In this document: positions 36,203-47,838 of the stretch, piece by piece
Layout: each line of letters starts with the position of its first letter
Numbering within the stretch: the first letter of the stretch is position 1
Assembly (NCBI GenBank): GCA_030295235.1
Contig: AP026127.1
Span: 1,426,001 to 1,490,000, forward strand
Length of the DNA: 64,000 bases
Source: Fistulifera solaris
Lineage: Eukaryota
Reading direction: 5' to 3'
Program-made: the position numbers and the translations under genes
Notes under the pieces: model-generated
The model's input: only the letters and a program-made list of their open reading frames with translations
Database searches by the model: none
What the model was told of the DNA's origin: nothing

Positions 36203-37841
36203 TTAGGATAAACGCGTTCGCTTGGGCTCATGAGCAGAGTTTGAAGGTGGGTCGGTCTCCTCGGCCGCAGACTGCAAATTAATATCTTCCCCGGAATCAA
36301 AGGTATCATTCAGAAGCTCAATTAATACATCGGTGTATTCAAGCAGTAACATGGTAGTGAATATAAAGTCTTTTGCTGCGTTCTCGATCAATGTAGACAT
36401 TACGAGGTGCTGACGGATTGCCGACTCCTCCTCCTCCACCAATGGCGATGTCCCATTCTTCATACGATTAAGTGCATAGAGCCTGTCAACGCTCGATCCA
36501 TCGGTCCAAATTTCACCATTCCTATTCAACACCTTGATGCTGTGGTTGCGCAAAAGCAACAGTTTCAGCCAAGAATACTCAGGATCTACATCTGGATGTT
36601 TCTTCAGAACACACTCCTGCAGTTTTTGGTGTCCTTCCAATGCTTTAAATATAATCTGCAGTTGTGGACTCCAATTATACCCTTCAAAGCACATTTCACT
36701 TAAATCAAGATACCTCAAGCTGCTATTACCTTTGATCACAGCCGTTAATGCTTTCGCGACACTAAGCATTTCTTCCTCCGCCTCTTCATCCGACACATGG
36801 TCATTGAAAAGAAAATCCGGATTGTCAATGCTTCGAAGTGACCCAGTATAGCAAGTCGATGAAGAATCACTAGCAATGGCTTTTGCTCATTGTTTTCACT
36901 GTAAATCACGGCAAGAGAAAGATTGGTAGCCGGCACAATTAAGAACTCAAAATCATTCTCGCTGAAATCGTCCGTCCAAACGTCATACACCAATTCCTTT
37001 GTTTTGGCGGATAGAGCTTGTAGAGCAACATCCGGGTGGAGTGGCGGTAGAGTAAGCTTTTCGAACCACATGTCAAGGTTAAAAAGTCGCAGTAGATTGT
37101 CGTTACTCAAAGGCGGATCAAAATCCTCATGGCTGTCATAGCGTTCATACTCTAGACAAAGTGACCCAAAGGGCGAATTCCGTGTCTTCAGCGCGTCAAC
37201 AAAAGCAGTGCCTTTGTCTTCAAAGTAAAAGCACTGGTCTTTTCCCAGGAAAGCTTCAAGTCAATTGGATAGGGTCTCGTTGCCAAAACGACAGACTGCT
37301 CGGCGGTTCAGTCTCCTTGTTGAATCTCGAGCTTCCCCGGTTTTGTACCTATGATGTACGCAGTTTCTTCCGCGTTAATGAAATCATTTGTATCGCAGTC
37401 CTTCCATGTGGGCACAAGATCATCAAAGTCAATCTCAAGACGGATTTCGCTTGAATGCTTAAGGAGCCCAAGAAAGGTAGATGTTTTGAGTCTATTTGTT
37501 TCAGACTCTACGTCGTCGCGGCTCACACTGTAAATAACGCCCTTCACGTGAACATTTCCGACATGCACTTTGAACGAATAGTGAAGACGAGAGGAGTCCT
37601 CTGAAAGGAACTTATACGACGGTTCGTACTCTGTAGTTTTGCAGATCAAAATAGCCGATCCGATATCATGCCAGATGACCATGTCGCTAAGGGTTTCCCA
37701 CTTAAACTCTTCGAGACACGTTGGTTTCCGCGTCATCTTATAAACAGGTAAATATACTTTATGCCCGGCAGGCGGTCGACATTTCATTTGTTCGAAAGTC
37801 AATAATTCGTCAGGAATCAGTTCTAGAAGAGGCGTTGACAT
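36203..37841 (-). CDS. LRR/RNI-like family, copy 4 (frameshifts near 37310-37230 and 36810)
   Basis: LLELIPDE, RKPTCLEEFKWE, LHRLAILGHFEAL, LRYLDLS, DPEYSWLKLLLLRN, LLLEYTDVL and C-terminal KRTRLS. Confidence 0.75.
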
Positions 37842-38058
37842 TGTAGAAAAGCTGTTTGTTTGTTGTTTGCTTGCTTGCTTGAGATGCAGTAAATAGAAAG
37901 CAAAGTAATTAATTCGTTTTAATCATAATTAACAACACGCGGTCATCGTCGGCATCATCTCGTCGACGAAAAACGCTTTTGCGATGCGAAAGCCGACGAA
38001 AGAAAAAACGTTTTTTGAATTTATCGTCGGTCGTGTCGTAGCAGCACTTCCAAAAATA

Positions 38059-38733
38059 AGACAGGCGCAATCAAAACCCACACCAGTGGTCTGTACGTCG
38101 TACGAAAATACCAAACATCACAAAAAATAAAATTTATACAGTTAAAAAGTTTATTTAAAGAGGATTTTAACGATGTTTTTGGTAAAAAGAGCTTATTTGT
38201 AAATGTTGATTTATTGTTGTTCAAAAATTTTTGCGCGAGTTTTCTGTTGGGTCTAGTACATTTTTCTACACGTTTCCTTACGTAGCGAGATATCCCCTAT
38301 CCCTTCAGCAAGACGACAATAATCTGTTTTCTTGATCAGAGAAGCCCTCAAAAGCGTTTTATGTTGAAAAACCAACTGAATAAACACTCAGAAGATAGGT
38401 CGACATGAAAGGGAGGGAAGGATCTCTGATTGGGATTGGCAAAAAGCGATTCGAAGGGCGTTTTCAAAACGTAGCGACAAGGGAGAGCGAGAGGCGAAAA
38501 TGCTCATGGCAACAACGCCGAGCCCACAAAACAAGTCAATTACATACACATGTCGTTTCTAATAATTAGTATTTGTGTTATCATCAAAGATGAGTTGATT
38601 TTCTTTCGTCCAAACAATAGTTTATCCATTTTAAAATTCCAGAAAACTTTTGACGCGATTTTCTCGAAAGTGAGTCTCGGTGAAATTGACGGTGGACGTA
38701 CAGAGCAGGTGTGGGTTTTGATTGCGCCTGTCT
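38059..38733. mobile_element. Non-autonomous TIR element (MITE), 675 bp, flanked by TA on both sides
   Basis: The left end AGACAGGCGCAATCAAAACCCACACC is the exact reverse complement of the right end GGTGTGGGTTTTGATTGCGCCTGTCT, extending imperfectly to TCTGTACGTC/GACGTACAGA. The interior is AT-rich and non-coding. Confidence 0.8.
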
Positions 38734-38915
38734 TAATAAAATAATAGATGGGTGCCGAATAGACAATAGTTGACGACTAAGGTTACAAGCAAATTTGCTA
38801 CGGAGTAGAACTTACTACTCCGTACTATACGGAGTAAACGATTACGGAGTATAATCAAGCTCGTCGGTGTGATGAAACGCAGTCTTTACTCTGTACTTGT
38901 TCATTCTTTGATTGC

Positions 38916-40204
38916 TCATTGTCGCATATCTTGTCCTCCATCTCGCGGACGATATTCTTCGGCATCTGCAGCTTGTACTTCACTCAATTCCAACGATCGC
39001 AATCCTAATAATTCTTTGCCACTATTGACTTTCCGGTCGACTTGATAACGCATCTTTCCTGGTGTCCAATCCAAGGAAGTTACCCAGCTCATTTTCGGAG
39101 ACGTCAAGGAAGGATCTAACACGACAGGTATCAACGTCGTAGCATGTCCGGGTAAATCCAACAGAATGTAGTTGTTTTCGGTGCCATCGGCAATCGGTGG
39201 GGGTCATACAAGCCTCCTTCGGCGCCAGGTGCTCCAAACAGTGCATCTTGAATTTCGTAATTAGGATGACGGCGTGGCCAGTGCATTTCTCGTTCAACAA
39301 TGACTTCGCGACATACCGTCAAGTACTTTAACTGCAATAGCTGTTGCTGATCAGCTTGATCTGTCTTTGCCGAATAGTCCAACTTCAAACGATACCGCAT
39401 CAACGATCCGTACGAAAGACCCACTTCCGCACGATACTCTACAAAAGGTCCTTCAATCACCGACTCTTGCGCCGCATTCAATGCTTGACAGACCGTCCAA
39501 GCATCTCCACAGACCATGTTTCCCTGTTGTCCTCGAAAATCAAAGGGTATCATAGTTGTCGGCCAGTAGGGTTTGTAATAATCGTCCCAGTCCAACGCCG
39601 AATTGTTGTCAGTAGTAGCGTTGACATGATAGTCTTCAATGTGCACCCAACGACCTTGTTCATCAGCTTCGAGACGGGTTGTGACGGGGAATGTGTGTTT
39701 GAACTGCGATAATGTAGGGACTTCGTCGCTATTATTCGGGGACCAATTGATTTTGTAGACGGTCCATTCTCCCGCAAAGGTTGCCCCGTTTTGATACGTG
39801 TTCGCATAATATGTATTGAATTGAAAGATATCATTCTTGACACGTCGTTCTTCTCGCATGGCCTCAATTTCGGCTTCCGTCGAATCTTCGTCCATATTGT
39901 CATATAAATCATCGTAATTTCCGCTGTCGGCAGTGTATTCTGGATCCGAATAGTCGACAAATTCCAAATCGGGGTAATTCGGGTCAGCGTACGGATTGTT
40001 GCTATTACTGTCGTCCTCTTCCTCAGAAAAATCACTCTTTGCAAACTGCATTTTGTGTCGTTTACTCTGTGTTATGAAAGGAGTTTTCATGGTAGAATGC
40101 AACAAAGATGGAATAATAAACGCTTGACTCATTTGACCGAAAAAAGTCGTCGTCATCAAAAACAAGAAGAACATCGCTACGGCTGCGGTGACTGCTCGAA
40201 TCAT
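38916..40204 (-). CDS. Hypothetical, probably plastid-targeted protein; indel near 39200
   Basis: Signal peptide ending SQA-FIIP (diatom ASAF-type), an acidic linker, then a globular part (FAGEWTVY, DFRGQQGNMVCG). Reading continues as LYDPPPIADG...LLDLPGHAT in ORF 38916. Confidence 0.7.
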
Positions 40205-40439
40205 CGTAGCTCTCAAAAGGATGATGAAAGCACTAAGAAACAACAGAGAAGAAGATGAGAAGTAAGAGAACGCTTTCAACAATGGATCAATAATGAAGAA
40301 AAGAAAGGAAAATATATAAGACGAGTAATGACGACGATGAGAAGAGAAGCGCGGTGACGATGATCCTTTCATTCCGTACTTGTACAAGTACCGGTACTGG
40401 TATCGGTGTACTTCGTCATCGCGTAAAGGTTACCGAATG

Positions 40440-43005
40440 TGTAAGTTTCCAGAAATTCTGGAATATGCGTATTTCGTCATACGGAAAATCTGTGTGACTG
40501 GTCCAGAAATTCTGGACCAAATCTATTTTTCATCACACCGTACAGAAAATTTTCTGTGTTTAATTCCGCAATCCTGCAGAACCTCAGTAATCGGGACGCC
40601 TTCCGGGATTGTTGGGTTCGGTGTTATTCCATCGCACAGCAATTTCGGGCATTTTCCAGATATCCTGGAAAATGCGTTCTTCGTCATACAGAAAATCTGC
40701 GTGACTGGTCCAGAAATTCTGGACCAAATCTATTTCTTCATCATCACACCGTACCAGTACAGAAAATTTTCTATGTTTAATTTCGCAATCTTACAGATCC
40801 ACGGTGATCGAATTCTGGAACAAATCTATTTCTTCATCATCACACCGTACAGGAAATTTTCTGTGTTTAATTCCGCAATCCCACAGATCCTCCGTGATCG
40901 TGACGCCTTCCGAGATTGCTGGATACGGTGTAATTCCATCGCACAGCATGTTTGGACAATTTCCAGATATTCTGGAATATGCGTTCTTCGTCATACAGAA
41001 AATCTGCGTGACTGGTCCAGAAATTCTGGACCAAATCTATTTCTTCATCACACCGTACAGAAAATTTTCTGTGTTTAATTTCGCAATCCCACAGATCCTC
41101 CGTGATCGTGGCGCCTTCCGAGATTGCTGGATACGGTGTAATTCCATCGCACAGCATGTTTGGACAATTTCCAGATATTCTGGAAAAAAGCCTTCTTCGT
41201 TATACAGATAATCTGTGTTACTGGTCCTGAAATTCTGGACCAAATCTATTTCTTCATCATCACACCGTACAGAAAACTTTCTGTGTTTCATGTCGAAATC
41301 CCACAGATCCACGGTGATCGAGACGCCTTCCGAGATTGCTGGATACGTTGTAATTCCATCGCACAGCCTGTTTGGGCAATTTCCAGATATTCTGGAAAAT
41401 GCGTTCTTCGTCATACAGAAAATCTGTGTGACTGGTCCAGAAATTCTGGACCAAATCTATTTCTTCATCATCACACCGTACAGAAAATTTTCTGTCTTTG
41501 ATTCCACAATCCTACGGATCCTCCGTGATCGAGACGCCTTCCGAGATTGCTGGATACGTTGTAATTCCATCGCACAGCCTGTTTGGGCAATTTCCAGATA
41601 TTCTGGAAAATGCGTTCTTCGTCATACAGAAAATCTGTGTGACTGGACCAAATCTATTTCTTCATCATCACACCGTACAGAAAATTTTCTGTCTTTGATT
41701 CCACAATCCTACGGATCCTCCGTGATCGTGACGCCTTCCGAGATTGCTGGATACGGTGTAATTCCATCGTACAGCATGTTTGGGCAATTTCCAGATATTC
41801 TGGAAAATGCGTTCTTCGTCATACAGAAAATCTGTGTGACTGGTCCAGATCCTCCGGGATCGAGACGCCTTCCAGGATTGCTGGATTCGGTGTAATTCCA
41901 TCGCACAGCATGTTTGGGCAATTTCCAGATATTCTGGAAAATGAGTTCTTCGTCATACAGGAAATCTGTGTGACTGGTCCTGAAATTCTGTACCAAATCT
42001 ATTTCTTCATCATCACACCGTACAGAAAACTTTCTGTGTTTCATGTCGAAATCCCACAGATCCACGGTGATCGAGACGCCTTCCGAGATTGCTGGATACG
42101 TTGTAATTCCATCGCACAGCCTGTTTGGGCAATTTCCAGATATTCTGGAAAATGCGTTCTTCGTCATACAGAAAATCTGTGTGACTGGTCCAGAAATTCT
42201 GGACCAAATCTATTTTTCATCACACCGTACAGAAAATTTTCTGTGTTTAATTCCGCAATCCTGCAGAACCTCAGTAATCGGGACGCCTTCCGGGATTGTT
42301 GGGTTCGGTGTTATTCCATCGCACAGCAATTTCGGGCATTTTCCAGATATCCTGGAAAATGCGTTCTTCGTCATACAGAAAATCTGCGTGACTGGTCCAG
42401 AAATTCTGGACCAAATCTATTTCTTCATCATCACACCGTACCAGTACAGAAAATTTTCTATGTTTAATTTCGCAATCTTACAGATCCACGGTGATCGAAT
42501 TCTGGAACAAATCTATTTCTTCATCATCACACCGTACAGGAAATTTTCTGTGTTTAATTCCGCAATCCCACAGATCCTCCGTGATCGTGACGCCTTCCGA
42601 GATTGCTGGATACGGTGTAATTCCATCGCACAGCATGTTTGGACAATTTCCAGATATTCTGGAATATGCGTTCTTCGTCATACAGAAAATCTGCGTGAAT
42701 GGTCCAGAAATTCTGGACCAAATCTATTTCTTCATCATCACACCGTACAAAAAATTTTCTGTGTTTAATTCCGCAATCCTGCAGATCCTCGGTGATCGAG
42801 ACGCCTTCCGAGATTGCTGGATTCGGTGTAATTCCATCGCACAGCAATTTCGGGCATTTTCCAGATATTCTGGAAAATGCGTTCTTCGTCATACAGAAAA
42901 TCTGTGGCATTATTATTTTTACAAATACTTTGTGCGTCTTCCAGAATCTCTGACTATTGTGTATTTCATTGTAATTTGGTACTTCGTTATACAGAAAATT
43001 TGTAT
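40440..43005 (+). repeat. ~211-bp palindrome-rich satellite, array 2 (about 12 units, homogeneous, with higher-order duplications)
   Basis: Anchors at 40501, 40708, 41015, 41224 and 41435 (periods 207-211 plus deletion variants). Identical spurious ORFs recur at offsets 1687 and 753. Confidence 0.97.
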
Positions 43006-43207
43006 GATGTAGCTCGAGACGATCAGCAATCCAACAAAAGATGCTATTATTATTTGACCTATTAGCTTATTACCAAATTATCGAAACAGCGATTTGTGTA
43101 ATAAATGCGAAGTCGCGGTATCTTAAGACCATATTAGACGATTCGAAAGCTACTATCCTTTTTTTCGTAAATTCGAACGCTTGCACAGCTCAAGTCATCA
43201 GCATTCA

Positions 43208-45315
43208 CTACGACGACCGGCCCGTACTTGCGGTGTCTTGGATCCAGCCCCGTGTGCGAAATTGTTGCATGACACGTTTAGAGTCCTCTTCCGCGTATCG
43301 ACTACGTAAGACTTCTTCAGTCAAATGAAAGACATGCATTCGATCGGAAGATGCAATGGCCAGTCGACGTCCATCCAACGACCACGACAATTTGTGAATA
43401 CCCGACAAACCACTTGCCGTTTCGGTGCGTTCCGGATCAACCGCAATGCCATCACCACCGGTCAGTGGTTCGTCCAGTGACAAGGCCAAATTCCATAAAC
43501 CCAAACGACCGTTACTAGAACCCGTAGCAAATAACGAAGGATGGACCGGGTTCCATTGTACATCGGACATGTAATCGTAGGAATGGCTCACCCAACTGGT
43601 CAATGGAGTATCTCGGTACGCCGGAGCCCATAACTTTACCGTCCAGTCGACACCCGAAGACAATACCAAGCCTCCCATGCCGCGTAGAAAGCCATCTTTG
43701 GAAGGTCCTCCAGTCAAACCGTGAGCACCTTTCTTCACTTTGGGCATACTCAAGGCTGTCACCATGCCGTAATGTCCCAAATTCGTTCCCTCGGCGTCTA
43801 CACATTCCAATGCTTTCACTTGCCGTTGCGAACGTCGAGTACTACCACCACTCGCTGCACTGCTGCCAGCCGTGTACATACTACCGTGATCATCTCCTAC
43901 GACCAACGCTCCTGACTCGGGAGAAAGCGCTAAACACGACACATTTTCTCCGATTTGAATCCCTTCTGCTGGTTCTCGTAGGTTCGACAAGGACCAAAAA
44001 TTGACTTTCCCATCCGAAGAACTCGTGACAAAGCCGGCCTTCGAAAAGTGTGAGAGATTCAAACAAGATAAACATGATACGAATCAAACAAAAATGCACG
44101 TACACCACCCTCTAACACGACCATGGAATTGATGGGATGCGAATGCCCCTTCACTTGTTGCTGTTTGTTGGATCCACCGCTTACAACAAAAGTCGATTTC
44201 TGTACCGGCAATCGCCCCGCCCGAACATCCCACACCACGACTTGTCCACTTTCGCAACCACCCACAATCAGCGGTGCTTCCGTCGGATGAAATCGCCCCG
44301 TTGTTACGGGACTCCCGCACGTAAAGATATGTTCCGGTCGCTGTGGCATGGCCAAACTCCAAATGAGCGCCAATCCATCCGATTGCAATTCTCCACTCCG
44401 CGGTGTCAAAGAATCGGAGGGTGTATCATGCGGTGCAATGGCAGCGACCGCAATGGTGGTAGCAGCACTGCCGATGGGCCGGGCTCCGCGTCGATCGTAA
44501 GTAGCCAGGACACAATCACGATGCAACGGCGACCAATCGAGATCAGTAATATCACGTTCCGATGTCCATTTGTGACATTCGTATACTTGTCGACTCGCAA
44601 TGAATTGTCGTTCATCTTTGGGCGCATCACCGTCTTGCAGTGACGACAGAGAAGACGGAACTTGTCCAACATGGTCGACGAGTAAATCGGAAAGCAAAGG
44701 TGTCCCTAAAAGACGTTCGACTTTTTTGGATGTTGTATTGAGAAAGTCTGAAAATGGTTTCGACGAAACTTCCTTTTGCACTTGTTCATCCGAAAGTAAT
44801 TTGGGATCTTTGGTGTCACTGTGAATCGCTGTTGCTGGATCGGAATCGACTTGCGGAGGAGTCATGCCATCCGTTTCATTACTCGTCGTGTTTTCATTTC
44901 TCTCTTCATTGTTGATTTCGTCTTCGTCCGGCAACAGCTCAGGTTCCTCGGTCTGTGTACCCAATTCAAACGTTTCTACCTTCGGTAATGCTACAGAAGT
45001 TGTTGTAGGCGCTGTAGATGTCGTAGTTACAGGAACGGATGACGCTGCGTCAGTTTCAGTCGGTGAAGACTCGTTGTTGATTGCTGTTGGAGTCGTTGCA
45101 GCAGTATTTGCCGTATCATTACTATTCGCAACAGACACTACAACAGGAGCTGGTTCATTCAATAGATCAGCAACATAATCATCCAAATTGGCTGTCGCGG
45201 AAGCTTGTACACGCGCTGTATCAACAACACGACGATTGCGTGTTTCACGAAGATCGGCAATGCGTTTGCGTCGTTCTTCTAATGCCTTTTGGCGTTGCTC
45301 GCGTGATTCTGACAT
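43208..45315 (-). CDS. Cytoplasmic dynein intermediate chain (WD40). Exons 45315-44104 and 44038-43208
   Basis: N-terminal coiled coil MSESREQRQKALEERRKRIADLR, VETFELGTQT, FLNTTSKKVERLL, ITDLDWSP, GHSHPI, SSGVDWTVKLW and DVQWNPVHPSLFA. A phase-0 GT-AG intron spans 44103-44039. Confidence 0.9.
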
Positions 45316-46050
45316 TTATTTAATGTTAGTGAGTCGTTTGAAGGCTAATAGAAAGATGGAAGAAGAGATATTTGTGAATAAATTGTAAAAGAAAGAGGAA
45401 TGAGCGGCAGTGCGGCCATGGTCCTTTCATCTGCGGCATTGCGGCATTTATTGTGATCCTTATAAGGTTATCGTCGTTTTGGCACTCGTCGATGTCGTAC
45501 AGAAACTAATGATTTGAGAACTGTAGTTCAAAGTGTAGACGACATTTTGCTTGACTGAATTTCAGTCACGACCGAAACACCGAACGAAATAATGGAGACA
45601 GCAGCTAGTAATCCATTAAGCAGCAAATATGCAGAAAGAAATGTAATTACATGCAAATTGCCATCGTGCGCTAATGGCATGAATTGAAATGTATCGTTTT
45701 GACTGATTCTGTCGAATAATTGTTCGTAACCTTGATTGCTAAATCGACTATAGACTCAAAATGTTGTCCGTTTTTGCCATGACTGGATTTTAGTCTTGAA
45801 CCTTCCCGGTGTAGGACAGATGACAGACTGACACTTCGTTTTCTCGTTTTTGTTGTTTTGTTCTTTTTCTTTTCGTTTCTGTTGTTGTCGTCGTCTTTGT
45901 TGTCACCTTCTTTTGTTCCTTTATCAAACAATTCTATTTCATTCTCTGATTCTTAGACGCATCACCGTTACTGCTCCTGTTCCTGCTCGGTTAGGAAAGA
46001 ACCTTTTCTTGTTTGTTTGATTGCGCCAGAATAAGAACTCTTCAACATAA

Positions 46051-47634
46051 ATGACGACGATGATGAAACATTCACAAGCATCACTATCTTTGTGCTTTCG
46101 TATTTACCGTCGCTATTACTTCAAAGCATTTTCTACTTCTTCAACGGCTCAACTTCCTCACAGTAAAGTCGTCAACAGCGCTGAAGAAGCGTTACAGGGC
46201 ATCGATTTGCACAACAAGACCTTAGCGGTCGGTGGCTTTGGCCTGGGCGGCAATCCGGAAACATTGATTGACGCCATTGCCACATCTCCTGCGGCTTCTC
46301 ATCTTACGGTTGTGTCACTCACAGCCGGTACCGATCATCAAGGGATCGGGCAACTGTTGCAAGCGAATAAAGTACGTCGACTTATGAGCAGTTATGTTGG
46401 GGAAAACAAATTTCTCGAACAAGAATTCTTTGCGGGGCGCTTGCAAATTGAATTGATTCCGCAAGGAACTCTCGCGGAACGATTGAGGGCGGCGGGGACA
46501 GGAATTCCGGCCTTTTATACACCGACGGGAGCCGGGACGATCTATGCACTCGGTGGTATTCCAATTCAATACAAGAACGATGGCAGTCATCGACCTGTAC
46601 TCACGAGTTCACCCCGGGAAACACGCGTCTTTCATGGCATTGAATACGTGCTCGAACATGCTTTGCCAGCGGATGTCAGTATTGTCAAAGCGGCCGTCGC
46701 GGATACACGAGGCAATCTCGTCTTTCACGGTACTGCCCGGAACTCGAATCCAGATTGTGCCATGGCGGGAAGAATCACCATTGCAGAAGCGGAACAGATC
46801 GTCGAAGCCGGAACGTTGTCACCCAGTGATATTCATTTACCTGGTGTGTATGTACATAAGGTCATTCCAGCAACGCGCAATGAAAAGACGATTGAACGAT
46901 TGCGTTTGTCGTTCGACAGCACGAATGGTGGAAAGAATGGGAATGGCGAAGCATCCAAGAATGATGGTCGAGTCCGGATCATGAAACGCGCCGCGCGGGA
47001 ATTTCAGGATGGATTTTACGTCAATTTGGGGATCGGTATTCCAACCATGGCGTCCAATTATGTTCCGGATAATGTCAAAATTGAATTGCAAGCGGAGAAT
47101 GGTCTAATGGGTATTGGGCCGTATCCGAAAACTGCAGAAAAAGCCGATGCCGATTACATCAATGCCGGAAAAGAAACCATTACGGCTCTTCCCGGGGCTT
47201 CGGCGTTTTCATCTTCAACTAGTTTTGGGATGATTCGCGGAGGAAGAATTGATTTGACCATTTTGGGTGGTTTGCAGTGTAGTGTATCGGGTGACTTGGC
47301 GAATTGGATTGTACCAGGGAAGATTGTCAAGGGCATGGGCGGCGCAATGGACTTGGTGGGTGCACCTGGATCGCGTGTTGTAGTGACCATGGACCACACG
47401 GCGAAAGATGGAACTCCCAAGATCCTGCAAGAATGCACATTGCCGTTGACGGGGCACAAGGTCGTAGATCGTATTATCACGGATATGGCCGTGTTCGATT
47501 GCGACAAGAAAGGAGGAACTGGCTTGACTTTAATTGAGATTGCACCTGGCATCACGGTGGATGATGTCCGTGCCGCCACGGCATGTGATTTCATGGTCGT
47601 GGATCCGTTGCCTCTCATGGTCGATGATGAATGA
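46051..47634 (+). CDS. OXCT1: Succinyl-CoA:3-oxoacid CoA-transferase (SCOT), mitochondrial
   Basis: [38 protein letters not shown], catalytic QAENG, INAGKET and [10 protein letters not shown]. Confidence 0.95.
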   Translation: MTTMMKHSQASLSLCFRIYRRYYFKAFSTSSTAQLPHSKVVNSAEEALQGIDLHNKTLAVGGFGLGGNPETLIDAIATSPAASHLTVVSLTAGTDHQGIGQLLQANKVRRLMSSYVGENKFLEQEFFAGRLQIELIPQGTLAERLRAAGTGIPAFYTPTGAGTIYALGGIPIQYKNDGSHRPVLTSSPRETRVFHGIEYVLEHALPADVSIVKAAVADTRGNLVFHGTARNSNPDCAMAGRITIAEAEQIVEAGTLSPSDIHLPGVYVHKVIPATRNEKTIERLRLSFDSTNGGKNGNGEASKNDGRVRIMKRAAREFQDGFYVNLGIGIPTMASNYVPDNVKIELQAENGLMGIGPYPKTAEKADADYINAGKETITALPGASAFSSSTSFGMIRGGRIDLTILGGLQCSVSGDLANWIVPGKIVKGMGGAMDLVGAPGSRVVVTMDHTAKDGTPKILQECTLPLTGHKVVDRIITDMAVFDCDKKGGTGLTLIEIAPGITVDDVRAATACDFMVVDPLPLMVDDE

Positions 47635-47838
47635 ACTGTAGAAGACCCGATGAATAGAGATAGATAGATTTTTTGTCGCTGTATAGTTTGATGCAACTCA
47701 AAGACGGAGAGCAGAGTCTATTTTGAAAAATAAGCGACTAGTAAATCATTATTGTATCAAAAACAAATAGAGGTGTGCGGGGGTCTCGTTCTGGGTCGTC
47801 GTCGATAATAGAGTCCTAGATTCTCTGTTGCAGTGTGC

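Noticed and set aside
40440..43005. Centromere assignment for the satellite
   Set aside because: The arrays are short and lie among genes. Characterised diatom centromeres are low-GC tracts rather than satellites. It cannot be supported without CENH3 data.
40380..43065. Many 60-240-aa ORFs in the satellite arrays (also 31598-33078)
   Set aside because: The unit length (~211) is not a multiple of 3, so ORFs cycle through frames on both strands, and indels between units ignore frame. There is no sign of coding constraint.
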